From Clostridiales bacterium (GTDB lineage Bacteria > Bacillota > Clostridia > Saccharofermentanales > Saccharofermentanaceae), in assembly GCA_017513085.1 (NCBI GenBank), contig JAFWDK010000003.1, positions 1 through 64,000 of the forward strand: 64,000 nt of DNA. The letters run 5' to 3'. The notes beneath the pieces were generated by a model that was not told the origin of the DNA, did not search any database, and was given only the letters and a program-made list of their open reading frames with translations. Below, piece after piece: positions 39,046 to 50,792 of this stretch. The stretch's first letter is position 1, and every line of letters begins with the position of its first letter. The position numbers were made by a program, and so were the translations under genes.

Positions 39046-39106
39046 GCAGCAAAGGTGCTGTAGCTCTCACCCGGAAACGGGATCCGCTACAGCACCTTCT
39101 CTGTTT
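39046..39106 (+). promoter_or_regulatory. ANTAR hairpin plus overlapping terminator between glnA and amtB
   Basis: CAGC-AAAGGT-GCTG (39047-39060); terminator AAGGTGCTGTAGC (39052-39064) / GCTACAGCACCTT (39086-39098) plus a pyrimidine tract. Confidence 0.85.
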
Positions 39107-39129
39107 ACTTCACAAGAAGAAAAAATGAG

Positions 39130-40917
39130 GTGAATAAAATGGAAGCATTAGTACAGTCAGCAAACGACACTATATTCAGTGTATGGTTCTTAATGGGAGC
39201 CGCCCTGGTCTTCTTCATGCAGGCAGGTTTCGCAATGGTTGAGACCGGCTTTACCAGAGCAAAAAACGCAGGAAACATCATCATGAAAAACCTGATGGAT
39301 TTCTGTATCGGTACTGTAGTTTTCAGTCTTTTGGGTTTCGCCCTCATGATGAGTGAAGATTACATCATGGGTTTCATCGGTGTTCCGAACCTGAAGATCT
39401 TCTCGGATTTTAGTAACTTCCCAATGTCCGCTTTCGTATTCAACCTGGTATTCTGCGCTACCGCTGCAACGATCGTTTCCGGTGCCATGGCAGAAAGAAC
39501 CAAGTTCTCCGCATACTGCGTATATAGTGGTATCATCAGCCTGGTCGTATATCCGATCGAAGCCGGTTGGGTATGGAACTCTCAGGGCTGGCTCGCAAAG
39601 CTCGGTTTCATCGATTTCGCAGGTTCTGCAGCGATCCATTCCGTCGGCGGTATCACCGCTCTGATCGGTGCGATCATCCTTGGGCCCCGTATCGGTAAGT
39701 ACGTCAAAGACCAGAGCGGCAAGATCGTTAAGGTTAAGGCGATCCAGGGTCACTCCTTAACACTCGGTGCTCTCGGTTGCTTCATTCTCTGGTTCGGCTG
39801 GTATGGATTCAACGGTGCCGCCGCAACATCGATCTCTTCTCTTGCAGCTATCTTCGTAACCACAACAGTTGCTCCGGCAGTTGCCACATGCGTCACCATG
39901 ATCTATACATGGATCAAGAACGGCAAGCCTGATGTATCGATGTGCCTGAACGCCTCTCTGGCAGGTCTTGTTGGTGTAACTGCAGGTTGTAACAACGTAG
40001 ATGTTATCGGTGCCGCGATCATCGGTATCGTAAGTGGTATCCTCGTCGTAGTAGTCATTGAAAAACTCGATATCAAGTGTCACGTAGATGACCCGGTCGG
40101 TGCGGTAGGTGTTCACCTGGCAAACGGTGTCTGGGGTACGATCGCAGCAGGTCTCCTCTCCACTTCCACAGCCGATGCCGGAGTAGACGGACCGATCTAT
40201 GCACTCATTCACGGCACATCTTTTTCCGAAGGCATGAAGGTACTCGGTGTACAGTTCTTAGGTATTGGCGCGATCCTTGCCTGGACAGCCGCCTGCATGA
40301 TTCCTGCATTCCTTCTCATCAAAAAGACCATCGGCCTTCGTGCTTCCGCAGAAGACGAGCTCGCCGGTATGGATATCTCCGAACATGGTCTCGTATCCGC
40401 TTATGCTGACTTCGCATCGGTAGCTGACTTTGCTCCGACAGTAGATGACTCTGCACTCGCAGGAATCAAGGTCATCGGTGAGACACCCATGGCAGAAGCT
40501 GTTGAAGTCAAAGAAGTCGCCAGAGCTGCTTCCGGCATCTCCTACAAGAGTCCTGACGGAAAGAAGCTCACCAAGATCGAGATCGTCTGCAAAGAGCGCA
40601 TGCTCGAACCACTTAAGTCCGCGCTCCTTGACATCGGTATCACCGGCATGACCGTTTCCCATGTACTGGGTTGCGGCATCCAGAAAGGCAAACCTGAATT
40701 CTATCGAGGCGTTGAAGTGGAACCTTCACTTCTCCCGAAGATCCAGATGGATATCGTGGTAGCCAGAGTTCCGGTACAAGCCGTTATCGATACCGCGAAA
40801 AAAGTACTCTACACCGGTCACATCGGTGACGGCAAGATCTTCGTCTACGATGTGGAGAACGTCATCAAAGTACGAACCAGTGAAGAAGGATTCGACGCCT
40901 TACAAGACGTTGAATAA
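39130..40917 (+). CDS. amtB: Ammonium transporter fused to a C-terminal P-II domain
   Basis: 'FMQAGFAMVETG', 'IVSGAMAER', 'DFAGS', 'WFGWYGFN', 'DDPVGAVGVH', then P-II 'GMTVSHVLGCGIQKG...YRG...TGHIGDGKIFVYDV' in the same frame. Confidence 0.93.
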   Translation: MNKMEALVQSANDTIFSVWFLMGAALVFFMQAGFAMVETGFTRAKNAGNIIMKNLMDFCIGTVVFSLLGFALMMSEDYIMGFIGVPNLKIFSDFSNFPMSAFVFNLVFCATAATIVSGAMAERTKFSAYCVYSGIISLVVYPIEAGWVWNSQGWLAKLGFIDFAGSAAIHSVGGITALIGAIILGPRIGKYVKDQSGKIVKVKAIQGHSLTLGALGCFILWFGWYGFNGAAATSISSLAAIFVTTTVAPAVATCVTMIYTWIKNGKPDVSMCLNASLAGLVGVTAGCNNVDVIGAAIIGIVSGILVVVVIEKLDIKCHVDDPVGAVGVHLANGVWGTIAAGLLSTSTADAGVDGPIYALIHGTSFSEGMKVLGVQFLGIGAILAWTAACMIPAFLLIKKTIGLRASAEDELAGMDISEHGLVSAYADFASVADFAPTVDDSALAGIKVIGETPMAEAVEVKEVARAASGISYKSPDGKKLTKIEIVCKERMLEPLKSALLDIGITGMTVSHVLGCGIQKGKPEFYRGVEVEPSLLPKIQMDIVVARVPVQAVIDTAKKVLYTGHIGDGKIFVYDVENVIKVRTSEEGFDALQDVE

Positions 40918-40938
40918 TACATAATCTGAAATTCCATC

Positions 40939-40969
40939 GGAGTCCCGCCGGATACGGCAGGGCTCCTTT
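40939..40969 (+). terminator. Weak terminator-like hairpin between amtB and asnB
   Basis: GGAGTCCCGCCG-GATA-CGGCAGGGCTCC-TTT. Confidence 0.5.
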
Positions 40970-41003
40970 GGATATTTCAATATATATCGGAGGAATAAAA
41001 CAA

Positions 41004-42584
41004 ATGTGTTCAATCATGTTCTACTTGCGTCCGGGGCTGACCCGGGAGCTTTTTCAGAAAGGTTTTGAAAAGACCATCTCACGTGGCCCGGACCAGAGCC
41101 GGGTCATCGATCTGGGAGATGGTCTCATGGGTTTTCATCGTCTGGCCATCATGGGACTTACACCTGAAGGCATGCAGCCCTTTACCATGGGCAGCAGATA
41201 CCTCGTCTGCAACGGCGAGATCTACGGCTTCGAAGCATTTCGGCAGGAGCTTCTTTCCGACGGCTATCCTTTCGCCTCGGACAGCGACTGTGAAGTGCTT
41301 CTTCCGCTTTATGAAAAATACGGTGTCGACATGTTCTCGAAGCTTGATGCCGAGTTCGCTCTGATCCTCTACGATACGGCTACAAAATCACTTGTCGCAG
41401 CCAGAGACCCGATCGGCATCCGTCCGCTCTACTATGGTTTCGACGACGAAGGATATATCGTACTGGCAAGTGAAGCGAAAAATATCGTACCTTATTGTAA
41501 GAAGGTTCTTCCTTTCCCTCCCGGACATTACTATAAAGACGGAAAATTCACCTGCTACTGTGATATCACAAAAGTCGACCACATAATCGATGACGATCTT
41601 CCGACGATCTTTCAGAACATTCACGACAAACTCGTGGAAGGCGTCAGAAAACGTCTGGTCTCTGACTCCAAAGTCGGATTTCTTCTCTCCGGCGGACTGG
41701 ATTCTTCTTTGGTCTGCGCCATCGCGCAGCGCATGGAAGATCATCCGATCAAGACATTTGCCATCGGTATGAGTGAAGACGCGATCGACCTGAAATACGC
41801 AAAAGAGGTAGCCGACTATATCGGTTCCGAGCACACGGAAGTCATCATCACGAAAGAAGATGTCATCTCCGCCCTTCCCGAAGTCATCTCGATCCTCGGG
41901 ACCTATGACATCACAACGATCCGTGCATCGATGGGCATGTATCTGCTCTGCAAACAGATCCACGAGATCTCCGATGTACGCGTGCTTCTCACCGGAGAGA
42001 TCTCCGACGAACTCTTCGGCTACAAATACACGGACTTCGCCCCCTCGGCAAGTGCTTTTCAGGAAGAAGCCGTCAAAAGGATCCATGAGATCCATATGTA
42101 CGATGTTCTTCGCGCCGACCGCTGCATCTCCAGTAACTCTCTCGAGGCACGCGTGCCGTTCGGTGATCTGGATTTTGTGAAATACGTCATGGCGATCGAT
42201 CCGCAGAAGAAACTCAACACCTATGGCAAAGGAAAATATCTCCTGCGAAAAGCTTTTGAAGGAGACCTTCTGCCCCACGATATCCTTTTCCGTGAAAAAG
42301 CAGCCTTCTCTGATGCCGTCGGTCATTCCATGGTCGACCACCTTAAGGAATATGCTGCTTCGTATTATTCGGACGAAGAATTCTCTTCGAAAAAAGCCCG
42401 GTTCTCTTTCGCGCAGCCGTTTACCAAAGAGTCTCTTCTCTATCGTGAGATCTTCGAGAAGTATTATCCGGACAACGCGGAGATGGTCGTAGATTTCTGG
42501 ATGCCGAACAGATCCTGGGAAGGCTGTGACGTGGACGACCCGTCCGCCCGTGTACTGAAGAACTATGGAGACAGCGGTAAATAA
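41004..42584 (+). CDS. asnB: Asparagine synthetase B (glutamine-hydrolysing)
   Basis: Start MCSIM at 41004 (Ntn Cys2; GGAGG RBS); 'RGPD', 'HRLAI', 'CNGEIY', 'LSGGLDSS', 'EARVPF'. Confidence 0.94.
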   Translation: MCSIMFYLRPGLTRELFQKGFEKTISRGPDQSRVIDLGDGLMGFHRLAIMGLTPEGMQPFTMGSRYLVCNGEIYGFEAFRQELLSDGYPFASDSDCEVLLPLYEKYGVDMFSKLDAEFALILYDTATKSLVAARDPIGIRPLYYGFDDEGYIVLASEAKNIVPYCKKVLPFPPGHYYKDGKFTCYCDITKVDHIIDDDLPTIFQNIHDKLVEGVRKRLVSDSKVGFLLSGGLDSSLVCAIAQRMEDHPIKTFAIGMSEDAIDLKYAKEVADYIGSEHTEVIITKEDVISALPEVISILGTYDITTIRASMGMYLLCKQIHEISDVRVLLTGEISDELFGYKYTDFAPSASAFQEEAVKRIHEIHMYDVLRADRCISSNSLEARVPFGDLDFVKYVMAIDPQKKLNTYGKGKYLLRKAFEGDLLPHDILFREKAAFSDAVGHSMVDHLKEYAASYYSDEEFSSKKARFSFAQPFTKESLLYREIFEKYYPDNAEMVVDFWMPNRSWEGCDVDDPSARVLKNYGDSGK

Positions 42585-42611
42585 GCAGGATCCGGTTTAA
42601 TTGATAAAAAA

Positions 42612-42629
42612 CTGTGCAAAGACGCACAG
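42612..42629 (+). promoter_or_regulatory. ANTAR-type hairpin just upstream of the pyrG RBS
   Basis: CTGTGC-AAAGAC-GCACAG, 5 nt before GAGGA. Confidence 0.7.
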
Positions 42630-42643
42630 AAAGTGAGGAATGA

Positions 42644-44233
<1,590 letters not shown>

Positions 44234-44291
44234 AAATGAAAGTCATCGGAATAAGAATTGCAAAATGCTCTCTGATCCCAATGAATAAGAA

Positions 44292-44918
44292 TCACTTTCC
44301 ATCCGGGAAGCTGGTAAAAGAACCGTGCTCCAAAACAGGGTATCCGAACTTTTCTTTTGCATCCGAAAAAGCTTTGATCATGAAGCTCATGGATCTGGCC
44401 AGATTGCGCATGGTCTGCAATCCTTCCAGGTCTTTTTTCACATCTTCGGCCGTAAAGCCGTGCACCTGGTTCCAATACGTGGAAGAGGCAACAGGCATAC
44501 TGCTGATCGTGAAGTATTTATTCAGCACATCGAAACTGGCAGTGTTACCGCCTCGTCTGCAGCTGACAACAGACGCGCCGACTTTCATCTGCTTGGAGAA
44601 AGATGAGCTGTAGAACAATCTGTCCAGGAAAGACAGGAGCGTGCCATTCGGCGAACCATAGTAGACCGGACTTCCGATCACCAGACCATCTGCTTTTTCA
44701 AACTTTTCAGCGACTTCATTGACGAGATCATCAAAGACACATTTCCCTTTGGAACTACATTGTCCACAGGATATACATCCACGGATATCTTTATTTCCCA
44801 CCTGGATCAGTTCAGTCTCGATCCCTTCTTCCTCGAAGATATTGATCATCTCCTCCAGTGCGGTCGCTGTGCAACCATGAGCATGCGGACTTCCGTTTAA
44901 CAGTAAAACCCTGGACAT
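44292..44918 (-). CDS. Iron-sulfur flavoprotein / multimeric flavodoxin family
   Basis: 'LNGSPH', 'CISCGQC....C', 'GSPVYYG', 'RRGG'. Confidence 0.85.
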   Translation of the reverse strand: MSRVLLLNGSPHAHGCTATALEEMINIFEEEGIETELIQVGNKDIRGCISCGQCSSKGKCVFDDLVNEVAEKFEKADGLVIGSPVYYGSPNGTLLSFLDRLFYSSSFSKQMKVGASVVSCRRGGNTASFDVLNKYFTISSMPVASSTYWNQVHGFTAEDVKKDLEGLQTMRNLARSMSFMIKAFSDAKEKFGYPVLEHGSFTSFPDGK

Positions 44919-45019
44919 AGATCATTCCTCCCGATAGCAAAACCTGTCCTCATGGTATCACACAGTCAAACCAGCGTCAAAGCACCCTTCTTCAAGGCTT
45001 TCGCGAACAGATCCGTCTG

Positions 45020-45796
45020 TTATCCAAGTGCCACATCCAAAGCCATCATGACCGTAAAGCCAACAGAAAACATGAGCACACCGATATCAGAATGCTCTCC
45101 TGCACTCATCTCAGGGATCAATTCTTCCACGACAACATAGATCATCGCGCCAGCCGCAAAGGAAAGAAGATACGGCATCGCCGGAACAAGAAGTCCGGCC
45201 GCCAGGATCGTCAGAATGCCACCGACGGGTTCTACCGCACCGGAACCCATTCCGAGAAGAAATGCCTTATTCTTACTCTTTCCCTGTGCGTGAAGCGGCA
45301 TGGAAATGATCGCACCCTCCGGGAAATTCTGGATTGCTATGCCCAGAGACAATGCCAAAGCACCGCCCAGCGTCATCGTCGTATTTTGAGAAAGAAAACC
45401 GGCATATACAACACCAACTGCCATACCTTCCGGAATGTTATGAAGAGTTACCGCAAGGACCATCATAGTGGTCTTGGCAAGCTTGCTCTTCGGACCTTCC
45501 GACTTATCCGTATTCATATGAAGATGCGGGATCACGTGATCAAGAAGCAACAGAAAAAGCACTCCTGCCCAGAATCCGATGGCCGCCGGAAGAAATGCCA
45601 GTCTCCCTTTGTCTTCCGACTGTTCCATCGCAGGGATCAAAAGGCTCCAGATCGAAGCGGCGACCATGACTCCGCCAGCAAATCCTGTTAGCGCTCTTTG
45701 GACCGGAACACTCAATTCCTTCTTCATAAAGTACACGCAGGCCGCGCCCAGTGCAGTCCCCAGAAACGGAATCATCAATCCGATAAAAATGTCCAT
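45020..45796 (-). CDS. ZIP-family metal transporter (GufA/ZupT-like)
   Basis: 'HNIPEGMAVG', 'QNFPEG', 'AAGAMIYVVVEELIPE'. Confidence 0.92.
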   Translation of the reverse strand: MDIFIGLMIPFLGTALGAACVYFMKKELSVPVQRALTGFAGGVMVAASIWSLLIPAMEQSEDKGRLAFLPAAIGFWAGVLFLLLLDHVIPHLHMNTDKSEGPKSKLAKTTMMVLAVTLHNIPEGMAVGVVYAGFLSQNTTMTLGGALALSLGIAIQNFPEGAIISMPLHAQGKSKNKAFLLGMGSGAVEPVGGILTILAAGLLVPAMPYLLSFAAGAMIYVVVEELIPEMSAGEHSDIGVLMFSVGFTVMMALDVALG

Positions 45797-45830
45797 ACTC
45801 TATCCTCTATTCTTCCCCACTCAATACAGA

Positions 45831-46265
45831 TCACAATTTCTGGTTAAAACCGGTCTTATCCTCACTGCTGTATCCCGCTTTCCGGTAAAAATTCAGCGTA
45901 GATTCTTTCTTCGAGCCGGTCATCAGCATGATCTTATAACAGTTTTCTGCAATAGCAATCTCCTTCGCCTTCGCAAGGCAATCCCCGGCATATCCTTTAC
46001 AACGATAGTCCTCATGTGTCACCACATACTCGACCAGCGCAAAAGGCCGCACATTATGCGTCAGGTTCGGAATAATGATGCAACAGCAGGAAGAAACGAT
46101 CTTGCCATCGACTTCACAGACGATGACATGATAATTCTTATCCTCAAGCATCTGCTCCCACATTTCGAAAAGATGCGCATCATGCTCCGGAATACTCTCT
46201 TCATGAAGATAAAGATAGAGTTCCAGCATCTGTTCCAGATCTTCTTTTCGTGCCTCTCGAATCAT
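45831..46265 (-). CDS. GNAT acetyltransferase
   Basis: 'VVTHEDYRCKGYA', 'FYRKAGY'. Confidence 0.88.
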   Translation of the reverse strand: MIREARKEDLEQMLELYLYLHEESIPEHDAHLFEMWEQMLEDKNYHVIVCEVDGKIVSSCCCIIIPNLTHNVRPFALVEYVVTHEDYRCKGYAGDCLAKAKEIAIAENCYKIMLMTGSKKESTLNFYRKAGYSSEDKTGFNQKL

Positions 46266-46458
46266 CTGACCACCTCGTTCACATAGTCTGTCAGTTACTA
46301 TTATCTAACTACTCTCCGCATTCGTCCAGAGTCTGAAAGCATATGGCGAACATACAGAAAACATCCTTTCTCGATTGTATATGACATTTACAACATGATA
46401 CAATTATTTTGTCATAGGAAAGCAATCAGTGAATCATTCAAGAAAGAGAAGTAGGTCT

Positions 46459-47391
46459 ATGCGCGAAAAAACCACTCAAATCGTAGAAGAAATAAAAAAA
46501 GTCATATGCGGCAAGGATGAAGTGATCCGTCTTATCCTGCAAAGTGTTCTTTCCGGCGGACATGTACTGATGGAAGATGTGCCCGGAGTAGGAAAAACAA
46601 CAATGGCCGTTTCTTTTTCCAAGACCATGGGCCTGGATTACGGACGTGTACAGTTCACACCGGACGTCCTGCCCTCCGATCTTACCGGCTTTTCGCTTCT
46701 GAATCAGGAAACACATACCATGAAATACCAGAAAGGTGCCGTTTTCCACAACCTCTTCCTGGCAGACGAGCTGAACCGCGCTTCCGCGCGTACCCAGTCC
46801 GCACTTCTTGAAGCAATGGAAGAGGGACAAGTCACCGTCGACGATAAGACCTATCCCTTGCCGAAACCTTTCGTTGTCATAGCTACCCAGAATCCTTCCG
46901 GCGCCTCCGGAACCTCACTTCTTCCGGACTCACAGATGGACCGTTTTGCCGTCCGCGTTTCGATGGGATATCCTTCTCAGGATAACGAGATCGAGATGCT
47001 CATGAACCGTCAAAACGGCGCCAATCCGCTTTCCGAATTAAAGCCGGTCTGCACGATTGAAGACATTCTTCAGATGCAGGACGAGACCAGCAAAATGTAT
47101 ACAAAATACAGAGTACTCAAATATATCGTCGCGCTGATGGACCGGACCCGCACACATCGAATGCTTGCCCGTGGCGGAAGTCCCCGTGCGACACTGGCTC
47201 TGACCGCTATGGCCAAAGCCCACGCGTACATGACCGATCGTGATTACGTGATCCCGGATGACGTCAAAGCTGTATTTCCGGCCGTCATGTGCCATCGTAT
47301 GCTGCTCACTCCGGAAGCGGAGTTTAAAGAAATCAGTGCAGTAGAAATTGCAAATGAGATCGTAAAAACAACAATTATTCCAAAGGAATGA
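46459..47391 (+). CDS. MoxR-family AAA+ ATPase
   Basis: 'EDVPGVGKT', 'VQFTPDVLPSD', 'DELNRA', 'ATQNP', 'SPRA'. Confidence 0.92.
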   Translation: MREKTTQIVEEIKKVICGKDEVIRLILQSVLSGGHVLMEDVPGVGKTTMAVSFSKTMGLDYGRVQFTPDVLPSDLTGFSLLNQETHTMKYQKGAVFHNLFLADELNRASARTQSALLEAMEEGQVTVDDKTYPLPKPFVVIATQNPSGASGTSLLPDSQMDRFAVRVSMGYPSQDNEIEMLMNRQNGANPLSELKPVCTIEDILQMQDETSKMYTKYRVLKYIVALMDRTRTHRMLARGGSPRATLALTAMAKAHAYMTDRDYVIPDDVKAVFPAVMCHRMLLTPEAEFKEISAVEIANEIVKTTIIPKE

Positions 47392-47394
47392 TCT

Positions 47395-48294
47395 ATGCTT
47401 CGAAGTTGGGTGATCTACATTCTGGCGTTGCTTGGTGAAGCCATGTTCTTTCTCTGTTATCGGATGTGGTTCTCCTGGTTTGTCCTGATCATGACGATAG
47501 CGATCCTCCCGCTTGCCTTCGTGATCAGTTTCGCTTGCTCCCTTTTCTTCCAGATCGAATCCGATGCTTTTCGAAAAGTTATAAAGGGCGACGAAACACA
47601 GATCTCCTTCACCTCTTCCGGACTGGAATTCTTTCCTTTTGCACTTTATTCGGTACGCATCCTGCTTACTGAATCAATGACCGGCGAAGTAAGTATGATC
47701 CAGCTCTTTTCACAAGGCGATACGACAGACAGCGTGATCATCAACACCGATCACTGCGGCACGTACCGTTTCCAATCCGCTAAAGTCCGCGTTTACGACA
47801 TGTTCGGTCTTTTCTTCATTCCTAAGACATTTGAACTTGCCGGCGAGATCGTCGTCATGCCTGTGCCGTGTATTCCTCAGGCGGTCCCCGACCTCAGTGG
47901 TTTCCAGGCCAAAGGCCTGCGTCGGTCCAATTCTTCCTCTTCTGAAATCTACGATGTGCGCGGTTATGTTCCCGGAGATCCGGTCAAGAAGATCCACTGG
48001 AAACTGTCAGCAAAGAAAAACTCTCTCATGATCAAAGAACCGCAGGAAGAAACTTTCGGCCATTCCCGCCTCGTTCTCCCATTTACCCGCGACCGCGACA
48101 AGATGGACCGGACCCTGGGGGAAGTGCTTTTCACGTCGAGATATTTCCTTTCTCACGAAGTTGAACACAAGATCCGTGTTCTGCCTCCTGTAAAAAAAGA
48201 GATCGCTTTTGATATTGCTTCCAAAGAAGACCTGGACAAGGCGATGATCGCGATCCTTCATATTCCGATCCCGGAGGACCTGGAAGATGAATGA
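47395..48294 (+). CDS. DUF58 domain protein
   Basis: N-terminal TMs; 'VRGYVPGDPVKKIHWKLSAK'. Confidence 0.88.
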   Translation: MLRSWVIYILALLGEAMFFLCYRMWFSWFVLIMTIAILPLAFVISFACSLFFQIESDAFRKVIKGDETQISFTSSGLEFFPFALYSVRILLTESMTGEVSMIQLFSQGDTTDSVIINTDHCGTYRFQSAKVRVYDMFGLFFIPKTFELAGEIVVMPVPCIPQAVPDLSGFQAKGLRRSNSSSSEIYDVRGYVPGDPVKKIHWKLSAKKNSLMIKEPQEETFGHSRLVLPFTRDRDKMDRTLGEVLFTSRYFLSHEVEHKIRVLPPVKKEIAFDIASKEDLDKAMIAILHIPIPEDLEDE

Positions 48295-50788
48295 CCGTCG
48301 CTCGAAAAAGAAAGCAAAACAGTTCACCGAGAACCGGCTTGAGAAAAAGCGCGTTACTGTCGCCGAGCAGGAAAAGATCCGTGCCAAAGAGGAACAGAAA
48401 CGGCGGAACCGCAAGCATTCCATGCATGTCGTCCGAGCAGTCAGGAAAACATCTGAACCGACCTATCTCACAATGGTCTTTTCAGTGATCCTGAATCTTC
48501 TTTTGGGAACAGGGTTTACGCTTATGCTGACCTCGACCTACAATCTGTCGGTCAATATCTATATATTCATTCCTCTTCTGCTCCTTCTTTCCCTTGGCAT
48601 ATCCTACTGTCACGGGCAGAAAGAAAAACTGACTTCCTTTCTTCTGGCAGGTCTTCTCGCATCGACCGTATGGTGTTTTTTCATGACGGATCTGTTCCAC
48701 ACCAACGCGCAGACGAGACTCGTGTATTCCACCTTGCAGCAACGTGTCTTTCACGCATGGAAGCCAATGTGGGAAGCTGATCTATTGATTGAAAGACGGC
48801 GCGATGTTACGATTCTGATGTGGCTTGTCAACTTTATCCCCACATACTTTACATCTCTTACGATCGAGAAGCGCCGGAGCATCTTTCTTTCGCTCATCTG
48901 GTATATTCCGCTTCTTTTCGGCGCAACTGTCACTTCGAGCATGACCCCGAAAGCCATTCCCTGCCAGCTTGCTGTAGCAGGCATATTGCTGCTTCTCATC
49001 TTCCATTTCGTCCGACGACTTGGAGATACAAGCACTGACAAACGAATGCTCATGATCACGGCACCGGTCCTTATCCTGAGTTTCCTGATCGGCGGTCTCT
49101 TCCCGAAAGAAAGTTATTCGTATGACAAGCTGGCCGCGTCCCATTTTCAGGAACTGCGCGGATTCATCCAAGATCTGCGAGGAAGACTGAAGATCGGCGG
49201 AGAACCTGAAAAGGAGGAAGAGCAGGAAGAGAAAGGGCCAGGATACGTCGGCAGCATCTCGTTCTCCGAGGAGGAAAACCCGATCCCTTTCATGAACGTT
49301 TTTGAAGAGGACCTGAGCAAAGTCGGTTTTTTCGAACCGGATGACACGAAGCTCATGACTATTTCCCGCTATTTTAATGACACAGAGAACCATTCCGTTC
49401 TCGTCAACAATCGTATGATCTATCTGCGCAGCACATGCATGGAAATAATGGGCGGAAACTCCTGGCGCACCTTCTCTCCTTCCGAAGAACGGGAACTCAC
49501 TGATTTTTATTCCGAAGATAACGAATGCCCGCAGCGCGAGGCTGATTTTGTACTCCGCGTGCGCACGCTTTATCCTTTTGAAGCATATCTGGTCCCCTAC
49601 TACACAGATCATTTCTATATCTCAGAAGAAAGCAAGTATTCGGATCTTGATATCATTACGCACACAACCTGGAATCTCTACGAACGAATCCCGAATTCCG
49701 GTGTTCAGGACTACGACTACGCGTTCAATACAACGCCCCGGAAATCTCAACCGGAATGGAATCCGGATTATCTCGAAGAAGAGGTATACGGAGTATGTCT
49801 TGAAGTTCCGGAAAAGACCAAAAACAGCATTCTTAAGATCAAAAAACTCCCTGACTGGTACAAAGAACTGCTTGACGGAACACGCACGATGACTACGTCG
49901 GAAAAAGTCAATGCGGTAGTCGAATATGTAAGGAAACTTCACCCTTACGACCCCAACACCCCCTATCCGCCGGAAGGGGCCGATTTTGTGACCTGGTTCA
50001 TCACACAGAGCAAAACCGGATTCTGTGTACACTATGCCACTACTGCCGCGGTCCTTCTCCGCCTTATCGGTGTTCCGACCAGGTATGCAACCGGCTATCT
50101 TGTCGGCAGCGATCCTTTTGTTGCCTCAAACGATGTTCTGATGAGAGACGCTCACGCCTGGTTTGAATTCTTCGATCCGGATTATGGATGGATCCTGGAT
50201 GATCCGACACCCGGAAATGTGTTTAACGTCAGTTACTACAACGCCTATGCAATCGCAAAAGAATATGGTGACATGAATTACGATTACCGCGAAACACCGA
50301 CCCCTAGTCCTACGCCTTCGCCTACACCTACCCCGACCGTAGCACCTGTCCAGGGAACCATTTACGGCCCGACATTGTCACCGACCCCGACTGTGACTCC
50401 GATTCCGGAATCGACATTCGGCCTGCCTTTCAAGCTCCCTCCGGTCATTCTTGTCATCCTGCTCGTGCTCGTGATCGTTGCCGCCGTGCTTGCGCTTCTG
50501 CGTCTTCTCTACGTCCTGTCCTGGAAGATACGGTTTAAGAAAGATCCTCTGAGCCGTCGCGCGATCGAGTATACCCGTTACTTCAATATGCACCTGCACA
50601 TTCTTGAAGCCGCAGATTCCCGCGTCGTCCGCTCGATCTTCACCAAAGCCGAATACAGTAATGAAAACATCACCGAAGAAGAACTCAAAAAACTGATCCG
50701 GTTTGGTCTTCACAACCTCGACAAACAGATCCCCGGACGAAATGTATTACGGAGAATGCTTTCCAAGATCTTACGCGTTTCTCTCTAA
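48287..50788 (+). CDS. Membrane transglutaminase-like (TgpA-like) protein
   Basis: Several N-terminal TMs; triad motifs 'GFCVHYAT', 'AHAWFE', 'DPTP'; PT linker and TM near the C-terminus. Confidence 0.88.
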   Translation: MNDRRSKKKAKQFTENRLEKKRVTVAEQEKIRAKEEQKRRNRKHSMHVVRAVRKTSEPTYLTMVFSVILNLLLGTGFTLMLTSTYNLSVNIYIFIPLLLLLSLGISYCHGQKEKLTSFLLAGLLASTVWCFFMTDLFHTNAQTRLVYSTLQQRVFHAWKPMWEADLLIERRRDVTILMWLVNFIPTYFTSLTIEKRRSIFLSLIWYIPLLFGATVTSSMTPKAIPCQLAVAGILLLLIFHFVRRLGDTSTDKRMLMITAPVLILSFLIGGLFPKESYSYDKLAASHFQELRGFIQDLRGRLKIGGEPEKEEEQEEKGPGYVGSISFSEEENPIPFMNVFEEDLSKVGFFEPDDTKLMTISRYFNDTENHSVLVNNRMIYLRSTCMEIMGGNSWRTFSPSEERELTDFYSEDNECPQREADFVLRVRTLYPFEAYLVPYYTDHFYISEESKYSDLDIITHTTWNLYERIPNSGVQDYDYAFNTTPRKSQPEWNPDYLEEEVYGVCLEVPEKTKNSILKIKKLPDWYKELLDGTRTMTTSEKVNAVVEYVRKLHPYDPNTPYPPEGADFVTWFITQSKTGFCVHYATTAAVLLRLIGVPTRYATGYLVGSDPFVASNDVLMRDAHAWFEFFDPDYGWILDDPTPGNVFNVSYYNAYAIAKEYGDMNYDYRETPTPSPTPSPTPTPTVAPVQGTIYGPTLSPTPTVTPIPESTFGLPFKLPPVILVILLVLVIVAAVLALLRLLYVLSWKIRFKKDPLSRRAIEYTRYFNMHLHILEAADSRVVRSIFTKAEYSNENITEEELKKLIRFGLHNLDKQIPGRNVLRRMLSKILRVSL

Positions 50789-50792
50789 AGGC

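Noticed and set aside
40895-41003. ANTAR hairpin before asnB
   Set aside because: The closest match (AC-AAGAC-GT at the end of amtB) has a 5-nt loop and a 2-bp stem.
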